NCBI GenBank assembly: GCA_963792995.1
Contig: CAWBYH010000013.1
Span: 9,709-73,708 of the forward strand
DNA length: 64,000 nt
Source: an uncultured Thermoleophilia bacterium
GTDB taxonomy: Bacteria > Actinomycetota > Thermoleophilia > Gaiellales > Gaiellaceae
Direction of reading: 5' to 3'
Shown: positions 18,953 through 29,240 of the stretch, in pieces
Layout of the letters: every line of letters begins with the position of its first letter
Numbering within the stretch: position 1 is the stretch's first letter
Position numbers and translations under genes: made by a program
Notes under the pieces: model-generated
The model's database searches: none
Told to the model about the DNA's origin: nothing
The model's input: the letters and a program-made list of their open reading frames with translations, nothing else

Positions 18953-19660
18953 CTAGCCGAGCTCCCGCTCCAGACGCTGCCGTACGAGCGTGACGCTCGC
19001 CGCTCCTCCCTGCTCCCCGAGCCTGGCGGCCGCGAGGACGTTCGCCTCGTGAACGAGCTGTTCGCGCTCGCCTTCGAGCCCACCCCGGACGACGAAGATC
19101 GCCGAGTGCGCTCGCGCTCCCCAGGTCTCGATCTCCTCGAGCGAGTTCCCGGGAGTCGAGCGTCCGGACTCCGACAGCCGCGGCAGCGCGACGACGTCGC
19201 GGGCAACGGCGCCGGCCTCGACGATGAGACCTTCGGCCGCGGCGCGAAGCGCCACCTGATCCGACAGGAGGAGCCGTAGACGTTCCTCCTGTCGTGCGAC
19301 GCCCTCGACGGCGTCGTCCGCGAGCACGCTCGCCCGGCGGAATGCCCTCTCGGCGGATGTCCGGGTGTCCTCGCTCGCCCGCTTCGACGAGAGCGTTTCC
19401 TCGAGCGCGCGCTCGGCGTTCGAGACCTCCCGCCGCGCCTCGGCCTCCCGCAGCTTCGCATCGGCGATCGCCTGCTTGGCCCGATCGATCTCCTCCGGAA
19501 GTGCCACAAGAGATCGTTGCACCCTTCCGCCTTCGGCCCGCACGCCATCCACGCGGTGAAGCAGTCCTGTTGCGTCCTCGATCAACCCTGCGAGAGTCGC
19601 GTCGCGGTTCTCGAGGCTGCGTGCGTAGGCGATGAGCTCACCCTCACGGTCACCGACCAT
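18953..19660 (-). CDS. Coiled-coil hypothetical protein
   Basis: Glu/Ala/Arg-rich helical sequence; GATACT 6 nt upstream of ATG. Confidence 0.6.
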   Translation of the reverse strand: MVGDREGELIAYARSLENRDATLAGLIEDATGLLHRVDGVRAEGGRVQRSLVALPEEIDRAKQAIADAKLREAEARREVSNAERALEETLSSKRASEDTRTSAERAFRRASVLADDAVEGVARQEERLRLLLSDQVALRAAAEGLIVEAGAVARDVVALPRLSESGRSTPGNSLEEIETWGARAHSAIFVVRGGLEGEREQLVHEANVLAAARLGEQGGAASVTLVRQRLERELG

Positions 19661-19772
19661 GACGGAAGTATCGCGGACCCCGGCAGGAGGCGGTGCACGC
19701 GCCTCGGCGACCGTGAATACTCGGGCCTCGGCGTCGTCTCCGTCCCAGCGGCTCCGCTGCCCTGAGCTTCGG

Positions 19773-20204
19773 CTACCGCGCTCCGATGTAATCCTGCAGG
19801 TACTGGATCTCGAAAGTCTGCTTCCGCGACGTGAACTTGACGAGGTCACCGATCGAGACCATCCCGACGAGCGCCCCACCGTCGACGACGGGCGCATGGC
19901 GGATACGCCGGTCGGTCATGAGGGCCATGCCCTCGTCGACGCTCGTCTCCGGCGTGACGCAGATCACCGGCGACGACATGACGTCACGCACGAGCGTGTC
20001 CCGAGAGCGTCGGCCCTCGACCGCGATCCGACGCAGGTAGTCACGCTCGGTGAAGATGCCGGCGATGTCACTCCCGTCCGTCACGAGCAGCGCGCCGACA
20101 TTCGCGGCCACCATCGCCTTGACGGCCTCGAAGACGGTCTGCCCGCCGTCGATCTCGATGACGGCGCCGCTTTTCTCGGCCAGGATCTCGGAGACGGTGT
20201 GCAT
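19773..20204 (-). CDS. Tandem CBS-domain protein
   Basis: GIFTERDY, V.DVMS, IRHAPVV, GMVSIGDLVK. Confidence 0.92.
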   Translation of the reverse strand: MHTVSEILAEKSGAVIEIDGGQTVFEAVKAMVAANVGALLVTDGSDIAGIFTERDYLRRIAVEGRRSRDTLVRDVMSSPVICVTPETSVDEGMALMTDRRIRHAPVVDGGALVGMVSIGDLVKFTSRKQTFEIQYLQDYIGAR

Positions 20205-20212
20205 TCCTACAT

Positions 20213-20228
20213 CGTGCTCCTTGTCACA
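20213..20228. promoter_or_regulatory. Possible CRP/GlxR-type site in the CBS gene promoter
   Basis: TGTGA-N6-GCACG on the minus strand, between TTGACA and CACGAT. Confidence 0.35.
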
Positions 20229-20292
20229 TTGCCGTGTCAAGCATTCACCCCGGCCCGGGCATTCAGCCGACGCGGCTAGGATGCGCGGGTCT

Positions 20293-20363
20293 GGCGACGT
20301 GGCCGAGTGGTTAGGCAGAGGCCTGCAAAGCCTCGTACACCAGTTCGAATCTGGTCGTCGCCT
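20293..20363 (+). tRNA. tRNA-Cys(GCA)
   Basis: GGCGACG/CGTCGCC acceptor stem, GAGGC-CTGCAAA-GCCTC anticodon arm, TTCGAAT T-loop; CCA not encoded. Confidence 0.96.
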
Positions 20364-20506
20364 TCTTGGTGTTGCACGGCGCGACATGAACGCAGACTGC
20401 GACGGGGAAACCTCTTTGGGCGGTTCCGTCACCATATGCCCATCGTATCGTTGCTCTCCGCTCGGACTGACGCTCCGGCCGAACGGGGCCGTACACTCCC
20501 GCTCTC

Positions 20507-20683
20507 GTGCCCGAGCCCTCCGTCATCTCACGCCCGGCCGCCGCCGCGACGGCGCCAGAACCATGCTGGCGCTGCGGAGCGGCGATGGAGTGGCGCCACG
20601 CAACGCTGCAGTGCCCGCGCTGCCACTTCAAGATCGGCTGCTGCGAGGGAACGACGGCCGAGTGCTCACCGCAGGATCGTTAG
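20507..20683 (+). CDS. 58-aa Cys-rich zinc-ribbon-like protein (absent from ORF track)
   Basis: ...CWRCGAAMEWRHATLQCPRCHFKIGCCEGTTAEC...; TACACT 9 nt before GTG. Confidence 0.75.
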   Translation: MPEPSVISRPAAAATAPEPCWRCGAAMEWRHATLQCPRCHFKIGCCEGTTAECSPQDR

Positions 20684-20693
20684 CCTCACCCGC

Positions 20694-21209
20694 GTGAGCA
20701 CGATCGCGATCCGACCGATCAGGCCCGACGAGTGGCGCCGCTGGCGCGCCACGCGCCTCCGCATGCTCCGAGACGACGCCGACTTCTTCGCGACCCGGTA
20801 CGAGGACATGGTGCGTGAGCCCGACGCGAGGTGGCGCAACTGGGTCGCCGAGGCTGCCGCCGGTGACGAGAAGACGCTCTTCGTCGCCGAGGAAGACGAC
20901 ACGTGGCTCGGCGTTGTCGGAGCATTCGTGCGCGTGGATGCACGCGAGGTGCAGCTGATCTCGATGTGGGTCGACCCTGCAGCGCGCGGCAGAGGGGTTG
21001 CACGCGATTTGATCCGCGCCGTTGCGACCTGGACGCGAGCACGCGAAGCGACGCGCGTCGTTCTCTTCGTGCAGGAGGCGAACGGGCCGGCACGCAGGCT
21101 CTACCAGCAGGCCGGCTTTCGGCTCACCGGCGACCGAACTCCTGCGAGCGCCGGCCGGAGCGCCTTCAAGCTCGTGCTCGCTGCCTCGGTCGCGGACCTG
21201 CTCGACTAG
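20694..21209 (+). CDS. GNAT N-acetyltransferase
   Basis: SMWVDPAARGRGVA, N.PARRLY...GF. Confidence 0.9.
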   Translation: MSTIAIRPIRPDEWRRWRATRLRMLRDDADFFATRYEDMVREPDARWRNWVAEAAAGDEKTLFVAEEDDTWLGVVGAFVRVDAREVQLISMWVDPAARGRGVARDLIRAVATWTRAREATRVVLFVQEANGPARRLYQQAGFRLTGDRTPASAGRSAFKLVLAASVADLLD

Positions 21210-22315
21210 AGCGGGCGTCCCGAGACGAACACGGCAGACACCGCGAAGTCGTCGTCGAGCACGACGAGGTCGGCGGCGGCACCCGGGCGAAGGGCTCCGA
21301 TGTCGGCGCGCCCGAGAACGCGCGCCGGCGTCCGAGTGACCGCGTCCACCGCCTCGCCGATAGGAACGCCCAGCTCGACGAGTAGCCGTAAGCCCCAGGC
21401 GAGCGGGCGGACGGCACCAGCGAGCGAGCCGTCCTCGGTTCGGGCGACTCCGCCCTCCACGTCGACGGCGACCGTGCCGAGCCGGAACACACCGTCACCC
21501 ATCCCTCCTGCCGCCGTGAGGTCCGAAGTGAGAGCGATGCGGCCGCGGGCCGCGCGCCAGGTCGCGACAATCGCCTCCGGGGCGAGGTGAACGCCGTCGG
21601 CGATCAGCTGCACGACGACGTCATCGCGGACGAGCGCCGCCCCGACGAGGCCCGGGTCGCGGTGCGCGAAGGGCCGCATGCCGTTGAACAGGTGGGTGAC
21701 GGTCGTCGCCCCCTGATCGAATGCCGCGTGCGCCGTCGCCGCGTCGGCGTCCGTGTGCCCGAGCGAGACACAGATCCCGCGGTCGATGAGACCGTCGATG
21801 AGCTCGCCCGCGCGCGGGAGCTCGGGTGCAAGGGTCACCGTGCTGACCGCGGAGCCGGCGACCAGATAAGACGCCAGCAGATCGAGGTCGGGCCTGCGGA
21901 GATGCTCGACGGGATGCACGCCCGGGCGATCAGGGCTGAGAAACGGACCTTCGAGGTGCGCCCCGAGGATGCGGGCCGCCGGCTCGCCGACGGAGGACGA
22001 CGCTGCGCACTCGCCGATCGTCGAGAGTGCGAGCCGGGTCAGCGCGGCGGGTGCCGTGATCAGCGTCGGCTGGTACCAGAGCACGCCCGTCCGCGCGAGC
22101 GCAACGCCGAGGGCGGTGACCTCGTCGCCCGTGGCATGCAGCAGGTCGATTCCCTGGAACCCGTTCACCTGAAGGTCGACGAGCCCCGGGATCGCGATGC
22201 CGGCTCGCCCGCCGGGCAGGCCAACCTGCGAAACGACGCCGTCCTCGATCTCGACATCGCCCCGCACGAGCGATCCGTCGACGACGGCTGCGGCAACTCC
22301 GAGCTTCACGCCCAC
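21206..22315 (-). CDS. nagA: N-acetylglucosamine-6-phosphate deacetylase
   Basis: PGLVDLQVNG, HLEGPF, GHT, THLFNGM, DGVH. Confidence 0.9.
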   Translation of the reverse strand: MGVKLGVAAAVVDGSLVRGDVEIEDGVVSQVGLPGGRAGIAIPGLVDLQVNGFQGIDLLHATGDEVTALGVALARTGVLWYQPTLITAPAALTRLALSTIGECAASSSVGEPAARILGAHLEGPFLSPDRPGVHPVEHLRRPDLDLLASYLVAGSAVSTVTLAPELPRAGELIDGLIDRGICVSLGHTDADAATAHAAFDQGATTVTHLFNGMRPFAHRDPGLVGAALVRDDVVVQLIADGVHLAPEAIVATWRAARGRIALTSDLTAAGGMGDGVFRLGTVAVDVEGGVARTEDGSLAGAVRPLAWGLRLLVELGVPIGEAVDAVTRTPARVLGRADIGALRPGAAADLVVLDDDFAVSAVFVSGRPL

Positions 22316-22394
22316 AGCCTACGGACGCGGTTGAACCGCCGTTTGCCCCGGTGGTAGCCTCGACTGCCCGAGCCCTCGACGTGACCCTCCCGCA

Positions 22395-23177
22395 ATGACC
22401 AGCCCCTCACCCTTCGATCTCACCGGCCGCTGCGCCGTCGTCACGGGCGCCTCGAGCGGCATCGGGCAGGCGATTGCACTCGCGCTCGCCGCTGCCGGCG
22501 CGGACGTTGTCGGGTTGTCGCTCGACGACGGTGCCGAGACGAGCTCGCTCCTCGGCACGCTCGACCGGAAGAGCGTGCAGCTCCAGGGCGACACGAGCAT
22601 CCCGTCGGACGTCGACCGGGCAGCCGAAACCGCTCTCGAGCAGTTCGGTCGGCTGGACATCTGGGTGAACAATGCCGCGCGCCCGCTCGTGAAGCCGTTT
22701 CTCGAGACAACCGAGGAGGAGTGGCGCCAGCTGCTCGACGTGAACCTGCTCGGCTACGTCTGGGGGTGCCGGGCGGCCGCGCGGTGCATGATCGCGTCGG
22801 GATCCGGGCGAATCGTGAACGTCAGCTCGGCCGCGGACGTGCAGCCACTCGCCGACCTCTCGGCGTACATCGCCGCCAAGGGAGGCGTCGTCGGGCTGAC
22901 ACGGACGCTTGCCCTCGAGCTCGCCCCGCACGGCATAACCGTGAACGCGCTCGCGCCCGGCGCGACCGACACGCCGCTGAACGAGAAGGCGTACACGCCG
23001 GAGGTGCGTGCGGCCTACGAGAAGCGCATCGCGCTCGGGCACATCGCGAAGCCGTCCGAGATCGGCGACGCGGCCGTCTTCCTGGCCTCCGACGCATCTC
23101 GCTACATGACCGGGCACGAGCTGCTCGTCGACGGAGGGCTTACGATCAACGGTTCGGTCGGGCACGCGCGCACCTAG
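22395..23177 (+). CDS. SDR family oxidoreductase
   Basis: TGASSGIG, NNA, YIAAK, VNALAPG. Confidence 0.93.
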   Translation: MTSPSPFDLTGRCAVVTGASSGIGQAIALALAAAGADVVGLSLDDGAETSSLLGTLDRKSVQLQGDTSIPSDVDRAAETALEQFGRLDIWVNNAARPLVKPFLETTEEEWRQLLDVNLLGYVWGCRAAARCMIASGSGRIVNVSSAADVQPLADLSAYIAAKGGVVGLTRTLALELAPHGITVNALAPGATDTPLNEKAYTPEVRAAYEKRIALGHIAKPSEIGDAAVFLASDASRYMTGHELLVDGGLTINGSVGHART

Positions 23178-23623
23178 CGCCCTCGCCCACGCGCGGTCTC
23201 GTACGAGGCGATCAGCGCCTCGACCGACGACTGCTCGAGAATCGGAATCACCGCCTCCGGCACGAAGCGGTCGAGGCTCTTGAAGCGCAGGCACGACCTC
23301 CCGAAGTCGAGCTTGATTCGCGCAGCGGCGTAGGCCGCCCGAAGGCTCTCCTCGCCGCCGGGCGCGACGTACGCACACATGAGGTAGAGGCTCGTGTATT
23401 GCTTCTGCGCTGCGAGAGCGACGCACGAGAGCGGCTCGCCGTTGTACGTATCGGGGTAGCGCGAGAGTGGCACCACCCAGCTGATCATCCCCCAGCGCAT
23501 CGTCTCGTCGAACCCCGCCGGCAGGTGCTCGTTGACGAGGTCGCGGACGGTAGCGATGACCGTTGCACGCTCGGGGGCCAGTTCGCTGAGGTACGCAGCG
23601 ACCGTCGCCGCCTTGCTCTGCAC
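23174..23623 (-). CDS. DUF1801 (YdhG-like) protein
   Basis: WGMISW.VPL..YPDTYNG.PL, QKQY.SLY, GRSCLRFK. Confidence 0.85.
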   Translation of the reverse strand: MQSKAATVAAYLSELAPERATVIATVRDLVNEHLPAGFDETMRWGMISWVVPLSRYPDTYNGEPLSCVALAAQKQYTSLYLMCAYVAPGGEESLRAAYAAARIKLDFGRSCLRFKSLDRFVPEAVIPILEQSSVEALIASYETARGRGR

Positions 23624-23631
23624 GCGTGCGC

Positions 23632-23895
23632 TCAGTGCTTGCTGTGGCGCGCCTGGGCGCGCCGGTTCTGCTCCTGGGGAGCCGGCCTGAGCATGAAGTA
23701 GAGAACGGATCCGATGATCGGGAGAATCAAGATGCCGAGCAACCAGAGCAGCTTGGCCCCGATTCCGAGGTCGAGACGTCCGACCAGGCTGATGATCGCG
23801 TAGCCCCAGAGCAGCAGCACCGGGATGATGAAGACGAGGAGGAGGATCCACTGGGCTGCGCTGAAGGCGAGCACGAGAGTCGAAGACGTTGTCAT
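23632..23895 (-). CDS. Small membrane protein (PLDc_N-like)
   Basis: AKLLWLLGILILPIIGSVLYF; TAGGCT 7 nt upstream. Confidence 0.8.
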   Translation of the reverse strand: MTTSSTLVLAFSAAQWILLLVFIIPVLLLWGYAIISLVGRLDLGIGAKLLWLLGILILPIIGSVLYFMLRPAPQEQNRRAQARHSKH

Positions 23896-23956
23896 GCGGG
23901 CGAGCCTATCGCATTGCGATGTCGCGCTCGTTCCGACGATCTCCGACAACCTTATT

Positions 23957-23968
23957 ATCTTCTAAGAT
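23957..23968. promoter_or_regulatory. Putative ArsR operator overlapping the -10 box
   Basis: ATCTT-CT-AAGAT palindrome in an AT-rich stretch; TAAGAT 7 nt before ATG. Confidence 0.55.
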
Positions 23969-23975
23969 TGTGAGT

Positions 23976-24311
23976 ATGCCGTTTCAGCCCACTCCTCTCT
24001 ACGTGACGAAGGCCAGCCTCTTTCGAACGCTCGGGCATCCCGCCCGCGTCCGGATCCTCGAGCTCCTCCGCGACGGCGAGCATGCCGTGGGAGCACTACA
24101 GGAAGCACTCGATCTCGACTCGAGCGGAACGTCACAGCACCTCGCCGCGCTCCGGCGTATCGGCCTCGTCGAATCGCGGCGGGAGGGGACGAGCGTCTTC
24201 TACCGGGCCGCCGATCCTCGCGCCTTCGCGCTCCTCGACGTCGGGCGAGAGTTGATCGCCCGCACGCTCCACGAGCAGCAGGAGCTGCTCGAGGAGCTTG
24301 CCGCCGAGTGA
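23976..24311 (+). CDS. ArsR/SmtB regulator (Rv0081-like)
   Basis: PLY..KA.LFRTLGHPARVRILELL, SQHLAALR, RREG..V.Y. Confidence 0.92.
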   Translation: MPFQPTPLYVTKASLFRTLGHPARVRILELLRDGEHAVGALQEALDLDSSGTSQHLAALRRIGLVESRREGTSVFYRAADPRAFALLDVGRELIARTLHEQQELLEELAAE

Positions 24312-26255
24312 CCGTTCTCGTCCTCGGCGGCGCGCTCGCGATCGCACTCGGGGGCACACTGAGCCTGAAGGCGGCCCATCTCACTGCCGGGCTTCTGCTT
24401 CAGGCGGCAGGGGCGGCCGCCGTCGGCGCAGCCGGTCTGTGGGCGCTCGCATCCGGCGACACCTGGGGGGCGTCGTTCACGAGCGAGCTCACCCCGCGCG
24501 CCGGCGTGGACGGCCTCACCGGCGTCTTCCTCTTCACGCTCGCTCTCGTCGCCTGCCCCGCGCTGGTCTTTGCGTCGGCGTACGTCGCACGGACGACGTC
24601 CGGGCGGATGACGGGGCTCCTCGGCTCGGCGTTCCTCCTGTCGCTGATCGGCGTGCTCTGCGCCCGCGACGCACTTTCGTTCCTGTTCTTCTGGGAGCTG
24701 ATGACGCTCGTGCCGGCAGCGATCATCCTCGCCGGTAGCGCGACCGAGGCAGCACGCCACACCGTGTTCACGTACGTCGCGATCACGCACCTCGGCGGTG
24801 CGGGCACCTGGATCGCGGTTCTACTCCTCGCGCACGAGAATGCGCTCGGAGACGCGTCGGTCGTATCGGAAGGGTCGCGCGTCCAGGCGGTGATCGCCAT
24901 CGCTGCAATCGTCGGCTTCGGAACCAAGGCAGGCCTCATGCCGATGCATGCCTGGCTTCCTCGTGCCCACCCGATCGCTCCCGCCCACATCTCGGCACTG
25001 ATGAGCGGCGTGATGGTCGCCGTTGCCGCGTACGGCCTGATCCGCGTGCTCGTCGACTGGCTCGGCCCGGCTCCGGCGTGGATCGGCGCGACGGTGCTCG
25101 TCCTCGGAGGTCTGTCTGCCCTCGGAGGGATCACCTACGCCGTGTTCCAGCGCGACCTCAAGCGACTGCTCGCGTACTCGACGGTCGAGCACCTCGGCAT
25201 CGTCGCGCTCGGGCTCGGGCGCCTGCCTGCTCTTACGTCACCACGGCGCCGAGACGTGGGCAGCGTTCGCCCTCGCCGCCTCCCTCCTCCACACGATCAA
25301 CCATGCCGTCTTCAAAGCGCTGCTCTTCCTCGGAGCGGGAGCGTTCGAGCGGGCTACCGGCGGCCTCGATCTCGACAGCCTCGGCGGCCTACTGCGCCGC
25401 ATGCCCTGGAGCGGCACAGCCTTCCTCGTCGGCTGCCTCGCGATCGCCGGCATGCCTTTGTTGAACGGCTTCGCGTCGGAGTGGCTGACGCTCCAGGCTC
25501 TGCTCCACGTGCCCGCCTATGCGGGCGTCTGGGACGGCGCGCTCGGGGCCGCGGGACTGGCCGCGCTCGCGGCGACGATGGCGCTCGCCGTTCTCTGCTT
25601 CGTCAAGGTGGTCGGCCTCGTGCTCCTCGGTCCTGCACGCCGGACAGGCGTCGCCGAAGCCGTCGAGGCGCCTCCGGCGATGCGAGGTGCGCTCGTCGGG
25701 CTCGCCGGTGCTTGCGCTGTTCTCGGCACCGTGCCGGGACTTCTGTTTCCTCTCCTCGTCGACGTCGCGCCATGGGATGTGACGGCGGATGTCTCGATGC
25801 ATCCCGGCCTCGATCTTCCGGGTACCGGCAACCTTCCGACGCTCGGCCTCCTCGCGACCGTTGGTGGACTCGGAGCGCTCCTCTGGTTCGCTCGCGGGTC
25901 GCGCCGCGCTGCGCCAAGCCCGAGTTGGGCGTGCGGGCAACTCGTCGATCCACGCCTCCTCTGGACGAGTGCCGGGTTCAGCAAGACGCTCCGGCTCGTT
26001 CTGGAGGCAGTGATCCGCCCGGAGCGCGAGATCGAGACGACCGTTCGCGGCGGCGTCGTGCAGCACGTCTCGTACGCGGGCCGCGTGCCGCACCTGATCG
26101 ACGTGCACCTCTACCGGCCGGTCACCGGTGGAGCGCTGATCGCGGCATCCTGGGCACGTCGTCTGCAAAGCGGTCGGCTCGGGACGTATGTCGCGTACCT
26201 GATCGGGCTCGTGCTCGCGCTGCTGCTCGCCGTGCGGATCGGAGCGATCGGATGA
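24308..26255 (+). CDS. hyfB: HyfB-like antiporter-type membrane subunit; frameshift near 25220
   Basis: FWELM, KAG..PMHAWLPRAHP.AP, DLKRLLAYSTVE, GMP.LNGFASEW, WACG. Confidence 0.85.
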
Positions 26256-27178
26256 CGACCCAGTCGGCTGCGGTCGGGCTCGCGCAGGTCGTCGGAGGCA
26301 TTGCGCTGTCCCCCCTTCTCGTCGGCACGACGCAACAGGCAAAGGCGCGCTTGCAGGGACGACGAGGCTCGGGGCCGCTCCAGCCATACCGCGAGCTCCG
26401 CCGCCTCTGGCGCAAGACCGGCGTCGATATCGAGGGAACCACGGTCATCTACCGCCTCGCGCCGGTGATCGTCGCCGCAGCGATGGGCGCCGCGATCCTT
26501 CTCGTCCCGATTGCCGCAAGCGCACCGAACCTCGGCGTCGGCCAGGACGCGCTCGTGCTCGCCAGCCTCCTCGCGCTCTCGAGGTTGGCGGTCGCGATCG
26601 CCGCCTGGGATACGTCGAACGGGTTCGCGCTTCAGGGCGCGAGCCGCGATCTCGCGCTTTCGGTGTTCGTCGAGGCTGCGCTCGTCCTCTCGCTCGCGGT
26701 CGCGACCCTCGTTGCCGGCACGACCGACCTGGCGGCCGTCATCGCAGGGACGGCGGGTGGTCAGCCCTGGACGACGCCGGCACTCGCGCTCGGAAGCGTC
26801 GCGTTCGCCCTCGTCGTCGTCGCCGAAACCGGTCGACAGCCCGTGGACAACCCCGACACGCACCTCGAGCTGACGATGATCCACGAGGGGCCTGTTCTCG
26901 AGTACGCCGGTCGGGACCAGGCGTACCTCCAGTGGGGCCTCGCGGCACGGCACTGGCTCGTGCTGGTGCTCGCGGCACAGGTGTTTCTCCCCCACCCTCA
27001 CGGCACCGGTTGGCAGATCGCCCTCCTGCCCGGGACCCTGCTCCTCCTCTGTCTGGCACTCGCCCTCACCGAGACGCTGATCGCGAAGATGCGGATCCTG
27101 CTCGTACCCCGGCTGATCGGCGTCGGCGCAGCCGTGGCATTGCTCGGCATCGTCACGTGGCTCGTGGAGACGACGTGA
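26252..27178 (+). CDS. hyfC: HyfC/HycD (NuoH-like) membrane subunit
   Basis: RLQGRRG..PLQPY, GASR, AETGRQPVDNP.THLELTMIHE. Confidence 0.88.
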   Translation: MTTQSAAVGLAQVVGGIALSPLLVGTTQQAKARLQGRRGSGPLQPYRELRRLWRKTGVDIEGTTVIYRLAPVIVAAAMGAAILLVPIAASAPNLGVGQDALVLASLLALSRLAVAIAAWDTSNGFALQGASRDLALSVFVEAALVLSLAVATLVAGTTDLAAVIAGTAGGQPWTTPALALGSVAFALVVVAETGRQPVDNPDTHLELTMIHEGPVLEYAGRDQAYLQWGLAARHWLVLVLAAQVFLPHPHGTGWQIALLPGTLLLLCLALALTETLIAKMRILLVPRLIGVGAAVALLGIVTWLVETT

Positions 27179-27786
27179 GCGGTCTCGCCTGGACCCTCGT
27201 CGCACTCGGCATCGGTGTGGTCGTCGTTCGCCGGAGATCGATCGCCGTGGCGCTCGTCACCGCTCAGGCGCTCGTCCTCGCCGTCGCAGCTCTGGGCGAG
27301 GGGACGTCGGGCAACGAGCTGTTCGCGGCACTTGCCCTTGCCGCCCGTGGCGCACTCCTCGCGGGACTTCTGCTCTTTCTCGTCAGGCGCACGCGCGAGA
27401 CGCGACCGCACCCGGCTGGCGTCGCTCCGCTCGCACGCGCGGCCGCGGCGGTGACGCTCGCCCTGACGCTGATCTGGCTGGTGCCGCCGTTCGGCCTCGA
27501 TCCTCCCGCCGCAGAGCAAGCGACGCTATCGCTCATCGCGCTCGGTCTCGTCACGGCGGCGACCCGGCGGGCCACGCTGTTCCAGGTGCTCGGCATCGTC
27601 CTCGTCGAGAACGGTCTCGCCCTCGCGGCGCTCTCGCTCCCGGGGACGTCATCGCTTGCGATCGAGATCGGAGTCGCCGTCGACCTCCTGCTGATCGCCC
27701 TCGTCGCGGGTGTCTTCCACGAGCGGATCTTCGCGGAGTTCGGTGCCGGCGACACCGCCGCTCTGAGGAGCCTCCGTGACTCCTAG
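27175..27786 (+). CDS. hyfE: HyfE-like membrane subunit
   Basis: QVLGIVLVENG, EIG..VD, GDTAALRSLRD; position in the operon. Confidence 0.82.
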   Translation: MSGLAWTLVALGIGVVVVRRRSIAVALVTAQALVLAVAALGEGTSGNELFAALALAARGALLAGLLLFLVRRTRETRPHPAGVAPLARAAAAVTLALTLIWLVPPFGLDPPAAEQATLSLIALGLVTAATRRATLFQVLGIVLVENGLALAALSLPGTSSLAIEIGVAVDLLLIALVAGVFHERIFAEFGAGDTAALRSLRDS

Positions 27787-29240
27787 GGAGTGGCTCGTCA
27801 CCCTGGTGCTCGTCTCGCCGCTCATCGGCGTGCTCTGCGCCGCGCTCGCTCCCCGCGCCGTGCTCTCGCACCTCGGACGCTCGTCGCGACGGTGACGGCG
27901 CTCGCAGCAGTCGCTCTGGCCGCGGTTGCGCTCGTCGAGCCCGCGCACCGCGAGCTCGGCCGGTGGATCGTCGTCGACCCGGCGGGCGGGATCATCGTCG
28001 GGGTGATCGGCGTCGTCGGACTCGCAAGCGCTCTTGTCTCACCCCAGTTCCTCGACGACGTACGTTCATCACTCTTCCGGGCCGACCGAGCGAACCGAAT
28101 CTACTGGGCAACGCTGTTCGCCTTCTGGGCGGTGTTGCTCGCCGTGCCTCTCGCCGGGAATCTCGGCGCAGCGTGGCTCGCGATCGAGGCGACGACCGCG
28201 GCGTCCGCCCTCCTCGTCGGCTTCAGCGGCCGCGCCAGAGCACTCGAAGCAGGTTGGAAGTACTCTGATCCTCACGTCGCTCGGCCTCGGCGTCGCCTTG
28301 CTCGGGATCCTGATGCTCGAATCGGCAGCAGGAGGTGGCGGCATCGAAACGCTCACCTGGCGCACTCTTCCCGCATGCGCCGCTCGATCGCGGGGTGACC
28401 GTCGTGGCATACGTCCTCGTGCTCGCGGGACTCGCCGCGAAGATCGGCTGGGCGCCCGTTCACAACTGGCTGCCCGACGCACACTCGGAGGCACCGGCTC
28501 CGGTCTCGGCGTTGCTCTCCGCCGCCCTCCTCCCGGCCGTCCTGCTCGTCGCCTGGCGCACCGAGCAGGCGCTCGCGCCGACCATCGGCCCGCGCACGGC
28601 AGGCGGCGTCCTTGTCGGCTTCGGACTCGCGTCGCTCGCCGTCGCTGTCCCGTTCCTGTGGCAATCGCAGGCGTGGAAGCGCCTGCTCGCCTACTCGAGC
28701 CTCGAGCACATGGGTGTGATCGCACTCGGGGTCGGCTTCGGGGGGACGCTCGCTCTCGCGGGCGTTGCGATCCACGTCGTCGGTCATGCGCTCGCCAAGG
28801 CGCTCGGCTTCTACGCAGCGACGCCCCTCCTCGCGCACGAACCGCGTGCCGCCGGCCACGGCGTCGGCGGGATCGGTCGAACGGAGCCAGCGCTTGGAGC
28901 ATCACTCGGGATCTCCCTGGGCGCGCTTGCCGGCCTGCCGCCGTCGCCTCTCTTCGTCAGCGAGGTTCTCATCGTCGCGGGCGGATTCCAGGTCGGTCGT
29001 CCCTGGGCTGCTGCGGCCGCCGCCGTCCTACTGGCACTCGGGTTCCTCGGGCTCGCGCACTCGCTGATCGAGACAGTGATCGGAAGGCCACGCGGTCGCG
29101 AGCGCCAACCATCCCTCGGCCTGAGGGGCGTAACCGCGCTGACGATCGTCGCGGTGCCGCTGCTCCTCGCACTCACGGTGGCCGCCTTGTGGCTGCCGGA
29201 CTCGGCGATCGTCCACGAGCTGATGAGGGGAGTCGGATGA
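27776..29240 (+). CDS. hyfF: HyfF-like antiporter-type subunit; about 3 frameshifts
   Basis: IEATT, LEAGWKY, PVHNWLPDAHSEAP, KRLLAYSSLEHMG; GAGGAG SD before GTG. Confidence 0.82.
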
